This document shows positions 26,090 through 36,038 of a stretch of 55,316 nt of DNA, in pieces. Source of the DNA: a virus. Lineage: Duplodnaviria; Caudoviricetes. Position 1 is the stretch's first letter, and every line of letters starts with the position of its first letter. The position numbers were made by a program, and so were the translations under genes. The DNA is taken from positions 1-55,316 of IMG/VR virus record IMGVR_UViG_3300037575_000020. One strand, given 5' to 3'. Under the pieces are notes generated by a model. The model was not told where the DNA came from and did no database searches. It was given only the letters and a program-made list of their open reading frames with translations.

Positions 26090-28456
26090 ATGCCTGATAG
26101 CCAAGAAAATTTAAACGGTGTATTTTCATTAGCAATAGATGTTATACGTCTTGGTATCACCTTGCCAGTTGATGAGGTGACAGTAAAAAATGTATATGTT
26201 GATGTTGATGATGTCCATATTCGCGTGGTGCCGTTTGAATTTACCGCAGAGATTGATGCATCTGGCTTAATTGTTAACTTGCCACCAACCACACTTGGTA
26301 GTATCTATGAGATACAGCTATTAAGCCAAGGTAAGGTTGTGCTTAGTGCATACTTTGACATGCCTAAAAATGACTGCTTTTTGTCTGACCTACCCTTATA
26401 TACAGCTTTCCCACCACGCGAGAGTTATCCGGTTGATGAGGTGAATTGGGGTGATATAAAAGGTGATTTTGTAAATCAGACAGACTTGTCCAGCCTGATA
26501 TTTACAGCAACCCAAGCTAATCAGCTTAAGCAAGAATTGACTGAAACCACTAATACTCAAAACACTATTATCAACGAAGGGCTTTCGGATATTAGTGAGG
26601 AATTGAGCGGACAGGTCTATGAGCTTACTCAATCAACAAATACAAAAACAACCCAGCTGGAACAGAAGATAAATACCGATATTGCTGGCGTGAGTAGCGA
26701 AATAACAACTCTTGATGAGAAGGTTCTTTTAAATAAAAACCAGTTGGAAGCTAAAAACGTAGAGCTTCAAAACCAAATCAACGCCAATGGTGGCGGTAAG
26801 TTTGCTTATACCGCATACGCAAAAATGGAAGCAGCGGCGGCATTACCTGCAGAAGACCCTCTTAAGTTACCTGCCAACTCAAGCATTGATGTCACTAACG
26901 ATCCAGACCTCACAAAAAACGGTACTTATGCTTACGATGGCACTGTATTCACTAAGTCACCTTATGATCCGTTAACGCTAAGTAAGGGTTATACGGATGC
27001 TAAAATTGAAATTGACGATACTGATACCGAAAACATCGTTAATGTAAAAGATGCTAACGGCATATCATTGATGCGCACAGATATAGATGGTAAACATTGG
27101 TTTCATGGCATTGACGATGACTTAAAAACAGCTCTTGATAATTCAGCTACTAATACCCTTATAGCGCTCGAAGAGTCTGAGACTATTGCTGAAATAAGAG
27201 ATAGTAATAATACATTAACTTTTAAACAGACTTTGGACGGAGATATACACGCGGTCGGCACAGGAAATATATCTCAAGCTATTAGAGAGCTTAAATCAGG
27301 GACTAACTCTACTGATAGCGCACTAGATGCAAAGTATTTAGCGGGTAAGTATGCTGATTATACACTTGCAGAAACTATTGATAGCTACAAAGACGTCGGA
27401 TCACTACTAACAGCCACGCAAGTTGACGCCCTTGGTTTGTTTACGCATCCTGTTGGGGTTATTCGCATACCTACTATCACACGTATCGGTAAAACAAAAT
27501 ACTTGTTATTTTACGAAGCTCGCGAGTCATTTGACGACTACGGAACTATCAGCCAAGGCGTTGTAACTCTTAATATTGACCCTGTTACGCTTGCGCCTAC
27601 ATTATCAAATCATCAGTCTTTAGGTGATGGCTATATAGATGTGGCTGACAAACTGTGGACATTTATGTACGGCTGCGGTCTAAAGTTAGCTAGCGGCCGC
27701 ATCATCTGCATGTATGTTGAGCGTCAAAAAAACTTTGAGCATAAGCTAATCACTCGCTACTCAGACGACGACGGTGTTACTTGGAGCGCACCCGAAGACA
27801 TATCTTACGTAAAGGGCGGTTTCACTAATGGCATGTTACCGTGCTCGCAAGGGCTAGAAAAACGCTTTGGGCAGCACGTAGGGCGTATTGTTTTTCCAGT
27901 CTGGACGAGCGGCGTTAACTATACTGTGTCTGATTTTAGAGCAACTTATATCTACTCCGATGACGGGGGTTTAACTTGGTTGCGTGGTGAGGAAGCGCCA
28001 TACGGTACGGGCAATGAAGTGCAAATAGCCGAAGATTTAAACGGCGATATGCTGTTCGCAATTCGTTTGCAGAACAAGACACCCGCCAAAATTATCGCAA
28101 GACACTCAGACAAGACAAAAGAGTACCGCACAGTCGAGGTTAACAAATCCCTGACTGATGAAAAGATTATGAGTGGGCTTATCCAAGGGGACAACCTCTA
28201 TGATTTTTCAGCTGCTAAATTTATTTTATCAACTTGTCTAACTGAGTCACGCACTACGTTGCTAATACATACAAGCTATGATGGCGGTGTTAACTGGCGA
28301 ACCCACATGTTGCCGGAGGCGCTAAATCAACCTGTGGGCTATACGTGCATTGAGAGCATCAGTGCAAGTCACAAGTTAATAATTTGGGAAGCTGACGGCT
28401 TAGTTAATCTTGACTACACAATCATATCGCTTAATACATTAATTGCAGGAGCATAA
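26090..28456 (+). CDS. Tailspike with C-terminal sialidase-like (GH33-type, BNR) beta-propeller
   Basis: RIP motif (about 27464), Asp-boxes SDDDGVTW, SDDGGLTW and SYDGGVNW, NE and GY near the expected catalytic positions; N-terminal virion-anchor and coiled-coil region. Confidence 0.85.
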   Translation: MPDSQENLNGVFSLAIDVIRLGITLPVDEVTVKNVYVDVDDVHIRVVPFEFTAEIDASGLIVNLPPTTLGSIYEIQLLSQGKVVLSAYFDMPKNDCFLSDLPLYTAFPPRESYPVDEVNWGDIKGDFVNQTDLSSLIFTATQANQLKQELTETTNTQNTIINEGLSDISEELSGQVYELTQSTNTKTTQLEQKINTDIAGVSSEITTLDEKVLLNKNQLEAKNVELQNQINANGGGKFAYTAYAKMEAAAALPAEDPLKLPANSSIDVTNDPDLTKNGTYAYDGTVFTKSPYDPLTLSKGYTDAKIEIDDTDTENIVNVKDANGISLMRTDIDGKHWFHGIDDDLKTALDNSATNTLIALEESETIAEIRDSNNTLTFKQTLDGDIHAVGTGNISQAIRELKSGTNSTDSALDAKYLAGKYADYTLAETIDSYKDVGSLLTATQVDALGLFTHPVGVIRIPTITRIGKTKYLLFYEARESFDDYGTISQGVVTLNIDPVTLAPTLSNHQSLGDGYIDVADKLWTFMYGCGLKLASGRIICMYVERQKNFEHKLITRYSDDDGVTWSAPEDISYVKGGFTNGMLPCSQGLEKRFGQHVGRIVFPVWTSGVNYTVSDFRATYIYSDDGGLTWLRGEEAPYGTGNEVQIAEDLNGDMLFAIRLQNKTPAKIIARHSDKTKEYRTVEVNKSLTDEKIMSGLIQGDNLYDFSAAKFILSTCLTESRTTLLIHTSYDGGVNWRTHMLPEALNQPVGYTCIESISASHKLIIWEADGLVNLDYTIISLNTLIAGA

Positions 28457-28459
28457 CAA

Positions 28460-29389
28460 ATGGCAGCACTTATTTTAAAATCAGGTAACGCATTAAATAA
28501 TAATGTTGAGTCGCTAGACTACGCAGCTTACAGAGATAGGGTTTTAGCTGATGGTGGTATGATTGTTAATGAGCAAGCGGTTCGGGACGCAATGACGTTT
28601 GTGCAAACGCAAGGCATCAGCCAGAGTGAGGTCTTTAGTGCTACGTCAGCAGATTGGGGCATCCGTCTGCTATCAGGAGCACCTAATAAGCTATACAGCT
28701 TGTTTGGTGATGCGGGTGACTTGGACGCTATCATTGGTGGTGCAGGGCTGCTTAACTATAATGACACTCGTTACAACCACTCTGTTATTGAGTTTAAAGG
28801 ATACTTTAACTCAAGTAATGCGCTTGTCAGTAAAGGGGTTGCTAACAACGTAACATCGACTGGCTTATGCGTTATCTCAAAAGTACCAGTGCTAGCGTCT
28901 GCTAGCGATTATGGTTCGACAACTTCTGTGGGTGGTGTCGCAGAATTGGCAGACTTTAGCAATAGTGCTACGTCAGCAGAAGCCTTAAGTAAAAAAATAC
29001 TATCAATATCTCAAACACGGGCAACAACATCTGATATGCCGAATTTGTGGTATGACTCGCTATACGGGTATGCAGGTAGTGCGACCGCAATTACCAAAAC
29101 AACATCGCCTGATTTAACAAAATGGCGCACAAACTCGACGCTATTGACTGCAAGCAAGTTGGAAGTGTATGTAAACGGAACCGTGTCAGTATCAGATACC
29201 ACGGTTACACCCACTGCTATCACTGACAACCTAAAACTTAACATTGGGCGTACACGCTCAGGTGCAGCAGCATTAGCTTATCAAAACCCACTTTGGGGCG
29301 ATGTTGCCGAGGCGTGGTGTATGGTCAATACAAGTGAAGCTACAATGAAAGCTCTGTCTGTTAGAGCAGCAGCAAAGTATATTGATTAA
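28460..29389 (+). CDS. Tail-associated protein with LamG/ConA-like beta-sandwich
   Basis: Y..RV.ADGG N-terminus; W......L....LEVYVNG...LNIGR......G.VAE pattern. Confidence 0.65.
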   Translation: MAALILKSGNALNNNVESLDYAAYRDRVLADGGMIVNEQAVRDAMTFVQTQGISQSEVFSATSADWGIRLLSGAPNKLYSLFGDAGDLDAIIGGAGLLNYNDTRYNHSVIEFKGYFNSSNALVSKGVANNVTSTGLCVISKVPVLASASDYGSTTSVGGVAELADFSNSATSAEALSKKILSISQTRATTSDMPNLWYDSLYGYAGSATAITKTTSPDLTKWRTNSTLLTASKLEVYVNGTVSVSDTTVTPTAITDNLKLNIGRTRSGAAALAYQNPLWGDVAEAWCMVNTSEATMKALSVRAAAKYID

Positions 29390-29414
29390 TCATACACCCA
29401 AAAATCTTTATATA

Positions 29415-31346
29415 TTATTTTCGATCGAAAATATTACTTTCGATTAAATCCTTTAACTTTAAACTGCCATCGACTGATAAATGATCGTCATCAAAGTAGT
29501 ACGAGACAATCTCATTACCTACGGGGCAGTTTAATCTACCGCACATCGTCGAAGTTGGGTCTACAACGGTTATATTTTTATACTTCTTAGCTTCTTCGAT
29601 AATCATGGCATTTGTAGTTGCCTGAAAATCATTATTTTGCTTAAGAGGTATTGATTTATTGCTGATTTCCCCGCTTGTTAAACGATCATTAATCAATGAG
29701 TTATAAAAAATTTGGTCGGGTGTCGTTTTTTGCAAAGGTACTTGTAGTATTACAATTACTTTTGTATCTGTTTTTGCGTACTCTGCAAACGTATCCTGCA
29801 AACCTTTTTTGAAGGCTTCTAATGATGTTTCTTGATTACTTGGATGGTCTGCATTGCTGCGGATATACTGCATGTCACCGCCGTCATAATCTCCAGCTGT
29901 ATAGTATGTCCAGCGCGACGCTAACACAAGATAATCCACATTGTTGTTTTTAATATAGTCTACAACTTTGTCATTTAGCGCGTGACAGTCTTTATCGACT
30001 TGGTCTTGTCGATCAGGATATACATTTAAAAAGGGGACACATCCGCTATAGCCTGTGTATGTAAACTCTAGGTCATTATCTTTTGCAATACTTTCAATTG
30101 CTGGCAAACTAGAATATGAATGACTATCACCATAGGCAAAAATTTTCTTACTACCACTGGATATTGTACAAAACTCACTATCTTTTTGATGTTGTCCAGG
30201 TTTATCAAAGCATTCGTAATCACCTCTTTTCATGCTTTGTAGTACGCTATTTGGTACTAAACCAAGTTTATAAGGATACTGATTTGCAAGTGCCAATCCG
30301 GTTGCCGAAACTACAACTGTGGCGGCAAATATTTTTTTGTAGTTTAAATAGTTATAACTAGAGATAAACTTACTACGCTCAATATATTTATAGCTTAAAA
30401 ATCCTAGCAATATAGATAAGGCTAAACCGAGATAGACATAAATTTCGGGCAGCTCAAAGTAATATATTGCGACAACTAATGGCCAATGCCAAAGATATAT
30501 AGAGTAAGACCAGGAGCCAAGCTTTTGGAATACAATATTACCCGTGATAATGCTTTCATTACGTTGAGCTTGAATAATTAAAAATGAACCTAGAACTGGG
30601 AATATAGCCAAATAGCCCGGCCACAAGTTTTCTGCTGAGATTAATGCATAAGAACCAATAATTAGTGCGATCCCTAACCATTCAGCTGCTTTCTTTCTAG
30701 TGTCTGACATTGTCAAAGGATAAAGATAAGCAACGCCACCCATGGTCATCTCCCACGCGCGAGTTGGGAATAGGTAATATGAAGCACTTGGGTATTGGTA
30801 CGTAGCCCAAGCTGAAAACAAAAACCCAAAGACTGTAGCAAGGACTACAGCCACTTTCAGGGCATTGAGAGACATAAATTTTCGCAGCACAATCAGTACC
30901 AGCGGGTATATGATATAAAATTGCCACTCGACTGATAGTGACCACGTATGCAGAAGCCATTTTTTATGAGAGTCCGCGTCAAAATAACCGGACTCCATAA
31001 AATACACGAAGTTTGATAAAAAACTAACGCTACTAATAGAGTGTTTACCTAGAATCTTGTAATCTGAGGGAGTGAGATAATACCAGCCCCATATGAGCAA
31101 AACGAAGCAAAGCAATGCTAAAGCTGGAATGATCCGATTAGCACGAGCTATATAGAATTTTATAATAGAAAAGTTATCTTGCTCGATACCTCGGAAGATT
31201 ATACCTGTCATCAAAAAACCTGAGATGACAAAAAACACATCGACGCCCGCAAAGCCACCAGGCGACAATGCAGCGTTAAAATGAAATAGTACGACGGCAA
31301 TGACGGCGAAAGCCCTAAGGCCGTTGATATCTTTTCTAAATTTCAT
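29415..31346 (-). CDS. Acyltransferase-3/SGNH fusion O-acetyltransferase (OafA-like), lysogenic conversion moron
   Basis: FRKDINGLRA.AV..VV.FH, GGFAGVDVFFVISG, HTWSLSVEWQFY, multiple TM segments; SGNH motifs GDSH and DDDHLS; opposite strand and AT-rich. Confidence 0.93.
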   Translation of the reverse strand: MKFRKDINGLRAFAVIAVVLFHFNAALSPGGFAGVDVFFVISGFLMTGIIFRGIEQDNFSIIKFYIARANRIIPALALLCFVLLIWGWYYLTPSDYKILGKHSISSVSFLSNFVYFMESGYFDADSHKKWLLHTWSLSVEWQFYIIYPLVLIVLRKFMSLNALKVAVVLATVFGFLFSAWATYQYPSASYYLFPTRAWEMTMGGVAYLYPLTMSDTRKKAAEWLGIALIIGSYALISAENLWPGYLAIFPVLGSFLIIQAQRNESIITGNIVFQKLGSWSYSIYLWHWPLVVAIYYFELPEIYVYLGLALSILLGFLSYKYIERSKFISSYNYLNYKKIFAATVVVSATGLALANQYPYKLGLVPNSVLQSMKRGDYECFDKPGQHQKDSEFCTISSGSKKIFAYGDSHSYSSLPAIESIAKDNDLEFTYTGYSGCVPFLNVYPDRQDQVDKDCHALNDKVVDYIKNNNVDYLVLASRWTYYTAGDYDGGDMQYIRSNADHPSNQETSLEAFKKGLQDTFAEYAKTDTKVIVILQVPLQKTTPDQIFYNSLINDRLTSGEISNKSIPLKQNNDFQATTNAMIIEEAKKYKNITVVDPTSTMCGRLNCPVGNEIVSYYFDDDHLSVDGSLKLKDLIESNIFDRK

Positions 31347-31434
31347 AAGCTGAACTTTGTTGAATATAGTAGTGTCAGCATTATAACCATATTGTAAGTA
31401 TCTGTGTTGATTGTTAATGCAGAGTTATTAAACC

Positions 31435-31455
31435 AAACCCCTTAATTGGGGTTTT
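31435..31455. terminator. Hairpin AAACCCCTTAATTGGGGTTTT, copy 1
   Basis: Stem-loop with T-run; identical to 32359-32379. Confidence 0.7.
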
Positions 31456-31481
31456 TTATTATCTAAAATTTGAGGGTTCTT

Positions 31482-32003
31482 ATGGACATCAAACAAACAC
31501 TGTTGAGGATGTTTTTATTCAATAAATGGCTATGTAAATCGGAATCTGCCAGAAAAACAAGCAAGATACTTGCTAAATTTAAACGATACTTGGCTATCAG
31601 CATTACGTTTGCTGAGGCTGTCAATGCGCTATTTATACTGAGCTTTAGCCTTGTTTTCATCTACAACAAGGCTTTTGATACGGGTGGATTAGCAATGCCC
31701 AGCTATAGGGTTTTTGACTCAGTATCTATTTGGTGGTTTGTAGGATTTTTCGTTTTAGGTGTCCTACAAGTAATAGCAATGCTAGTGCCATCACTAAGAG
31801 CCGTCAAAGCAAGTGGACTTTGTCAGATAGCATCATCATTGGCGTGGGGTGTGATCACAGGCGCTTACTATGCAGCACAACACGGCATGATAACACCGGC
31901 AACAGTCATCTTTAGCATATGGGCAGCCGCCATGTTTTTCACAGGCAATAAAATCATCAAGCGAGCGATCTTAAAAGAGCGAGTCACTACTAAGGAGGCG
32001 TAA
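31482..32003 (+). CDS. Multi-pass membrane protein of the lysis cassette (holin or antiholin candidate)
   Basis: About 4 hydrophobic helices, basic termini, upstream of the endolysin. Confidence 0.6.
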   Translation: MDIKQTLLRMFLFNKWLCKSESARKTSKILAKFKRYLAISITFAEAVNALFILSFSLVFIYNKAFDTGGLAMPSYRVFDSVSIWWFVGFFVLGVLQVIAMLVPSLRAVKASGLCQIASSLAWGVITGAYYAAQHGMITPATVIFSIWAAAMFFTGNKIIKRAILKERVTTKEA

Positions 32004-32341
32004 TGAGCTTAGCATCAGAGGTTATCACCTCATTCACTCCACAGGTAATATTCGGTATGTTTGGCGGATTTGTTGGCGGTATTTACGGTATCAACAAAAA
32101 AGGGTACGACTTAAAAATATCAGTAATTCTAATCTTCACAGCGATCGTAGCAGGTAGTGCAATCGCGGAAGTCTTGCAAAAGAAGTTTGGACTGACGTAC
32201 CTTTTACTGCTTTGTTTAATATCAATTCCAGCTGGTGCGTTCTCAGGTTATCTGATGGTCGCGCTAGATGTGGTTAGCCCTAAGTTTGCAGCCAAGGTTG
32301 CTGACAAGATAGGCGAAAAGGTGGTTGAGAATGTAGATTAA
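32003..32341 (+). CDS. Holin candidate
   Basis: 112 aa, 3 hydrophobic helices, charged C-terminus, AGGAGG RBS, directly before the endolysin. Confidence 0.7.
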   Translation: MSLASEVITSFTPQVIFGMFGGFVGGIYGINKKGYDLKISVILIFTAIVAGSAIAEVLQKKFGLTYLLLLCLISIPAGAFSGYLMVALDVVSPKFAAKVADKIGEKVVENVD

Positions 32342-32358
32342 TAATAAACTTTAACCAA

Positions 32359-32379
32359 AAACCCCTTAATTGGGGTTTT
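32359..32379. terminator. Hairpin AAACCCCTTAATTGGGGTTTT, copy 2
   Basis: Identical to 31435-31455. Confidence 0.7.
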
Positions 32380-32401
32380 GTTGTTTTTGGAGAATATAAG
32401 T

Positions 32402-33082
32402 ATGAGTGAGCAACATATTATAACTGCGCAAACGCTATTAGAGGACGCTGGCGTTTACACCGATGAAATTGACGGTGTGTTTGGCGATAACTCACTAAAA
32501 GCGGTACGAAAGCTATTATTGAAAGCCGGTGTCGTGCCAGCAAAAAGCAATCCAGTAGTTAAGCCAGCACAAACAAGTGCGCCAGCATGGATTATCGAAG
32601 GCTTAAAGCATTTAGGTCTAAAAGAAATCAAAGGCCCAAAGCATAACAAAACCATCTTGCAATGGATCAAAAACTTGGGCGGTTGGTTCACTGATGATGA
32701 AACACCTTGGTGTGGGACATTCATTGCTCAGTGTTTAAAAGAAGCTGGACGCAGCGTACCTAAGCATTGGTATCGTGCGCTCGCTTATGAAAGCTATGGT
32801 ACTAAGTTAAACAAGCCAGCTTACGGTTGTATTGGTGTTATGTCTCGCACTGGCGGTGGTCATGTGACTTTTATCGTCGGAATCACTAATGATGGTCGAT
32901 ACTTAGTAGGCTTGGGCGGTAATCAATCTGATGCGGTTAATTTAATGAAATTCCCTATCGCAAGATTTACCGCATTTGTATGGCCTGCATACAGCAACAA
33001 CGTACCATCTTCACCATATCCTGATCGCTACAATCTACCTAAGTACGATAACAGCCTCAAGGTGTCAACCAAAGAGTCATAA
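32402..33082 (+). CDS. Endolysin: peptidoglycan-binding domain plus TIGR02594-type (NlpC/P60-like) catalytic domain
   Basis: IDGVFG..S PG-binding motif; PAWI..G.KE..G..HN, DDETPWCG.F, GGGHV.F, LGGNQSD.V. Confidence 0.9.
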   Translation: MSEQHIITAQTLLEDAGVYTDEIDGVFGDNSLKAVRKLLLKAGVVPAKSNPVVKPAQTSAPAWIIEGLKHLGLKEIKGPKHNKTILQWIKNLGGWFTDDETPWCGTFIAQCLKEAGRSVPKHWYRALAYESYGTKLNKPAYGCIGVMSRTGGGHVTFIVGITNDGRYLVGLGGNQSDAVNLMKFPIARFTAFVWPAYSNNVPSSPYPDRYNLPKYDNSLKVSTKES

Positions 33083-33101
33083 CCTTTGTATGGAGCTAGT
33101 C

Positions 33102-33578
33102 ATGTATCTTATCTTATTGGTCAGATATTGGCAGTATGTTGTGATAGTAGTGCTGACCTTGATGCTTGCTATCGCATCCTGGTGTCTTCAGGACGCCACC
33201 AAAGAAATGCAATTAATGCGCGTGACTCATGATTTAGAGGTAGCCAACAATACCGCTGAAACAAGCTTAAAGCTGGCTGAGATAGCACGACTAAATAACG
33301 AGAGGTACCACAATGCTATATCCGAAAACACCAAAGCGACACGTCTTGTGGCTGATAGCTATGCTAGCAATAACATCGTTGTCAACAGCTTGTCAGACAC
33401 AATCGACAAAAACACCGCAGCCTTTATCGCAGCCAATGCCGATGCCGACGCTCAGTACACCCTTGCCCTCGCAGACATATCAAAGCAGTGTGTCTTTGAC
33501 ATTAAAGAGCTGGCAAGACAAGCTGACGGACACGTCAACGACATCAGAATGATGCAACAAGCATGGCCTAAACAATAA
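33102..33578 (+). CDS. Inner-membrane spanin (Rz-like)
   Basis: N-terminal TM helix, helical periplasmic domain, follows the endolysin, contains a nested lipoprotein gene; GGAG RBS before ATG 33102. Confidence 0.8.
   Translation: MYLILLVRYWQYVVIVVLTLMLAIASWCLQDATKEMQLMRVTHDLEVANNTAETSLKLAEIARLNNERYHNAISENTKATRLVADSYASNNIVVNSLSDTIDKNTAAFIAANADADAQYTLALADISKQCVFDIKELARQADGHVNDIRMMQQAWPKQ
33313..33552 (+). CDS. Outer-membrane spanin lipoprotein (Rz1-like), fully nested in the +1 frame
   Basis: GAGG RBS, basic and hydrophobic signal with lipobox STA-C, proline-rich mature part. Confidence 0.85.
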   Translation: MLYPKTPKRHVLWLIAMLAITSLSTACQTQSTKTPQPLSQPMPMPTLSTPLPSQTYQSSVSLTLKSWQDKLTDTSTTSE

Positions 33579-33588
33579 AGGTGACCTA

Positions 33589-35541
33589 ATGCACATACGA
33601 ATTAACGACTTTGCTGGCACGTTCCCTCAGTTGCACCCAACCAAACTGCCGGACTATGCCGCACAAGATTGCAAAAACGTCATTGTTGAAAGGGGTGTTT
33701 TGTCACCAAGCACAAAAGCAACGCTTGCTAGTGGCTCAATCTATCTCAACGATAATAATTTTCTTAGTGCGATTTTCTTTAATCACAATGGTCATACTTA
33801 TAAAAAATATAGCAACGATATTGTTAACTTCACCTTCTCACCAGTAAATGACTCTTTTAGATTGTACTGGACGACTGAAGATAAAGATAAGCCATTGATG
33901 TTTATGGATTGGGATGTTGCGAGTGATAATAGTCTTACAACTGACGGTAACGCATATCAAGCAGGTATGCCGCCACCAGTGTTTGAGGCAATTAAGATCG
34001 AGGGTATCGTTACAGCAGAAGAGTATGCAGCCAAAATTGTTGACGCATCTGAACCAGAACCGGAAGTAGAGCCAGAACCGGAAGTGGACAACGTGGTTTA
34101 TATAACCGTTTTTGGAAAAAAGTTTGCATTGAAACTAGAGCCGAAAACAAAACTATTTTCTAGCCCTACTGCTACCACTACGACACAAGCACAAAAAAGC
34201 GTGTCAGCAGAAGATCTAAAAAAAGCAATGATGATTGATGATCCGCTTACCCAAGCGATTGCAGATGTACCTGGTGACGAGGAAGCTAGAATCTACGGAT
34301 TCACCTATGTCAACAAGTTTGGTGACGAATCTGCGCCTACTGTGCATGATGAGATACTGTATATCAAGATAGGCGACAAGCCAGTATTGACGTTTAGCTA
34401 TGATGCCAGTGATGTAGATGAGCTGCAAAACAAGTATGCAGTGACAATCATTCGAGTTTATCGATCATTAACTGACTCGTTAGGCCAAGCTCAACTGTTA
34501 TTTGTAAAAGATGTGCCTTTCGATGTTGATGACAACAATCAGTTATTAATTATGGATGAACTTGAAAAAGACTCTTTATTGCTAGGCGAGCCAATAGTAA
34601 CCACAAACTACGACCCGCCTAGAGATAACCTGAAAGGTTTAGGCGTTACTGATTATGGTGTTGGTTATGCTTATCAAGGTAAGAACATCTGTCTATCAGA
34701 GCCCTACCTGCTTTATGCTTGGCCTCGTTATTATGAATTAAGCTCGCAGCAGACCATTATGGGTATGGGTCATTATGACAATACGATTGTCGTTGCCACG
34801 TCAGGCAATCCTATATTACTGAACGGTATTAGTCCTGAGAGCATGGGTGTGCTGAGTTTGCCGTTATATGAAGGGTGCGTATCTTCTCGCAGCATGGTTA
34901 ACCTCGCACATGGGTGTATGTATGCTAGTAACAACGGTCTTGTGTTGGTGTCATCTAATAGCGCCAAACTGCTAACTGATGGCGTATTTGCCACTGATGA
35001 TTGGCAAAAAATCAACCCATCAAGCATACATGCCAGCGCCTACAAAGGTGGGTATCTGTTCTTTTGGGATAACGGCACAGAAAAAGGCAGTGGTTATATC
35101 GACCTGAATAATCCAAACAAAGGGGTGTTGTGGTTTGATGATCATGCGCTAAACACCTTTTTGGACGATGGATTGGTTCAACTGGTCAATAATAAGATTA
35201 ATGCCTTTGGTGAGAGTGTCAATATCCATCAAACATTCAATCCTGATTATGGTGATAACCGCAGTAACAAGGTGTTATTTTGGCAATCAAAGGTCTTTAA
35301 TGTTGATTCAGCTAGGCGATTGCTGGCAGGTCAAGTGATTGCAGATAGTTATGAGGATAGCCGTGTTGTCTTTCGCTTATATGGCAATGAGGCTTTGATA
35401 CACGAGGGTGTGGTTAAAAACGCAAAACCTTTTCGTATTAAAAACCACAGCGGCAAGCGAGACTTCTATATAGAAATAGAGTCGAACGTACCAGTGCGTG
35501 AGATTGCTATTGGTGAAACGATGAGAGACTTGATTATATAG
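33589..35541 (+). CDS. Tail tube / nozzle protein (P22 gp10-like position and size)
   Basis: I.DF.G..P...P..LP..AAQ...N, Y.FTYV..FG.ES.P, SEPY..YAWP..Y, CVS.RSMV, YAS.NGLV motifs. Confidence 0.78.
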   Translation: MHIRINDFAGTFPQLHPTKLPDYAAQDCKNVIVERGVLSPSTKATLASGSIYLNDNNFLSAIFFNHNGHTYKKYSNDIVNFTFSPVNDSFRLYWTTEDKDKPLMFMDWDVASDNSLTTDGNAYQAGMPPPVFEAIKIEGIVTAEEYAAKIVDASEPEPEVEPEPEVDNVVYITVFGKKFALKLEPKTKLFSSPTATTTTQAQKSVSAEDLKKAMMIDDPLTQAIADVPGDEEARIYGFTYVNKFGDESAPTVHDEILYIKIGDKPVLTFSYDASDVDELQNKYAVTIIRVYRSLTDSLGQAQLLFVKDVPFDVDDNNQLLIMDELEKDSLLLGEPIVTTNYDPPRDNLKGLGVTDYGVGYAYQGKNICLSEPYLLYAWPRYYELSSQQTIMGMGHYDNTIVVATSGNPILLNGISPESMGVLSLPLYEGCVSSRSMVNLAHGCMYASNNGLVLVSSNSAKLLTDGVFATDDWQKINPSSIHASAYKGGYLFFWDNGTEKGSGYIDLNNPNKGVLWFDDHALNTFLDDGLVQLVNNKINAFGESVNIHQTFNPDYGDNRSNKVLFWQSKVFNVDSARRLLAGQVIADSYEDSRVVFRLYGNEALIHEGVVKNAKPFRIKNHSGKRDFYIEIESNVPVREIAIGETMRDLII

Positions 35542-35553
35542 GTGGGTTTTATA

Positions 35554-36018
35554 ATGAGTAGACAAGGGCCGCCAGCCATACCTAAAGACTTGGGCCGCGA
35601 CATGATAATACTGATGCAGTATATCACCAGCAGTCTTGCCAGCCTTGAGAAAGAAAGTATTGATAACAAGAGCCGCTTAGCCTCAGAAGAGCAGACCAAG
35701 CGGCTTGATAAAAAGAACAAGCTTGGCACTATCAAAGAAGTTAATAGCAACCTAGAAGAGTTGGACGATAATATAAAGTGGGCAATTATCGGAGAAGTCG
35801 AATCTCTTGAAGCGCGAGTGGAAGATTATATCAAGCTTGTCCGGCTAGAGCTGCTAACCTCAATCGCTGAAGCTGTAACCCTCAACAACGAACAGTTGCT
35901 TCTTGACGCTGGGTTAATGATGGATGAAAAAATACAAGCCAGCAACGAGCAGTTATTGATAGATATTGAGCAGTTGATTGATGAAAAAATAACCGCGCAA
36001 CACCCACCGCCAGCATGA
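35554..36018 (+). CDS. Hypothetical coiled-coil virion protein
   Basis: Helical ORF directly after the nozzle gene. Confidence 0.65.
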   Translation: MSRQGPPAIPKDLGRDMIILMQYITSSLASLEKESIDNKSRLASEEQTKRLDKKNKLGTIKEVNSNLEELDDNIKWAIIGEVESLEARVEDYIKLVRLELLTSIAEAVTLNNEQLLLDAGLMMDEKIQASNEQLLIDIEQLIDEKITAQHPPPA

Positions 36019-36038
36019 TAGTTTGCTATACTAATAAG

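Noticed and set aside
26090-29389. Possible diversity-generating retroelement or invertible tail cassette
   Set aside because: No reverse transcriptase or invertase gene, and no template/variable repeat pair was seen.
32976-33101. Long N-terminal extension of the spanin ORF given in the track
   Set aside because: It overlaps the endolysin; the ATG at 33102 has a GGAG RBS and gives a normal N-terminal TM helix.
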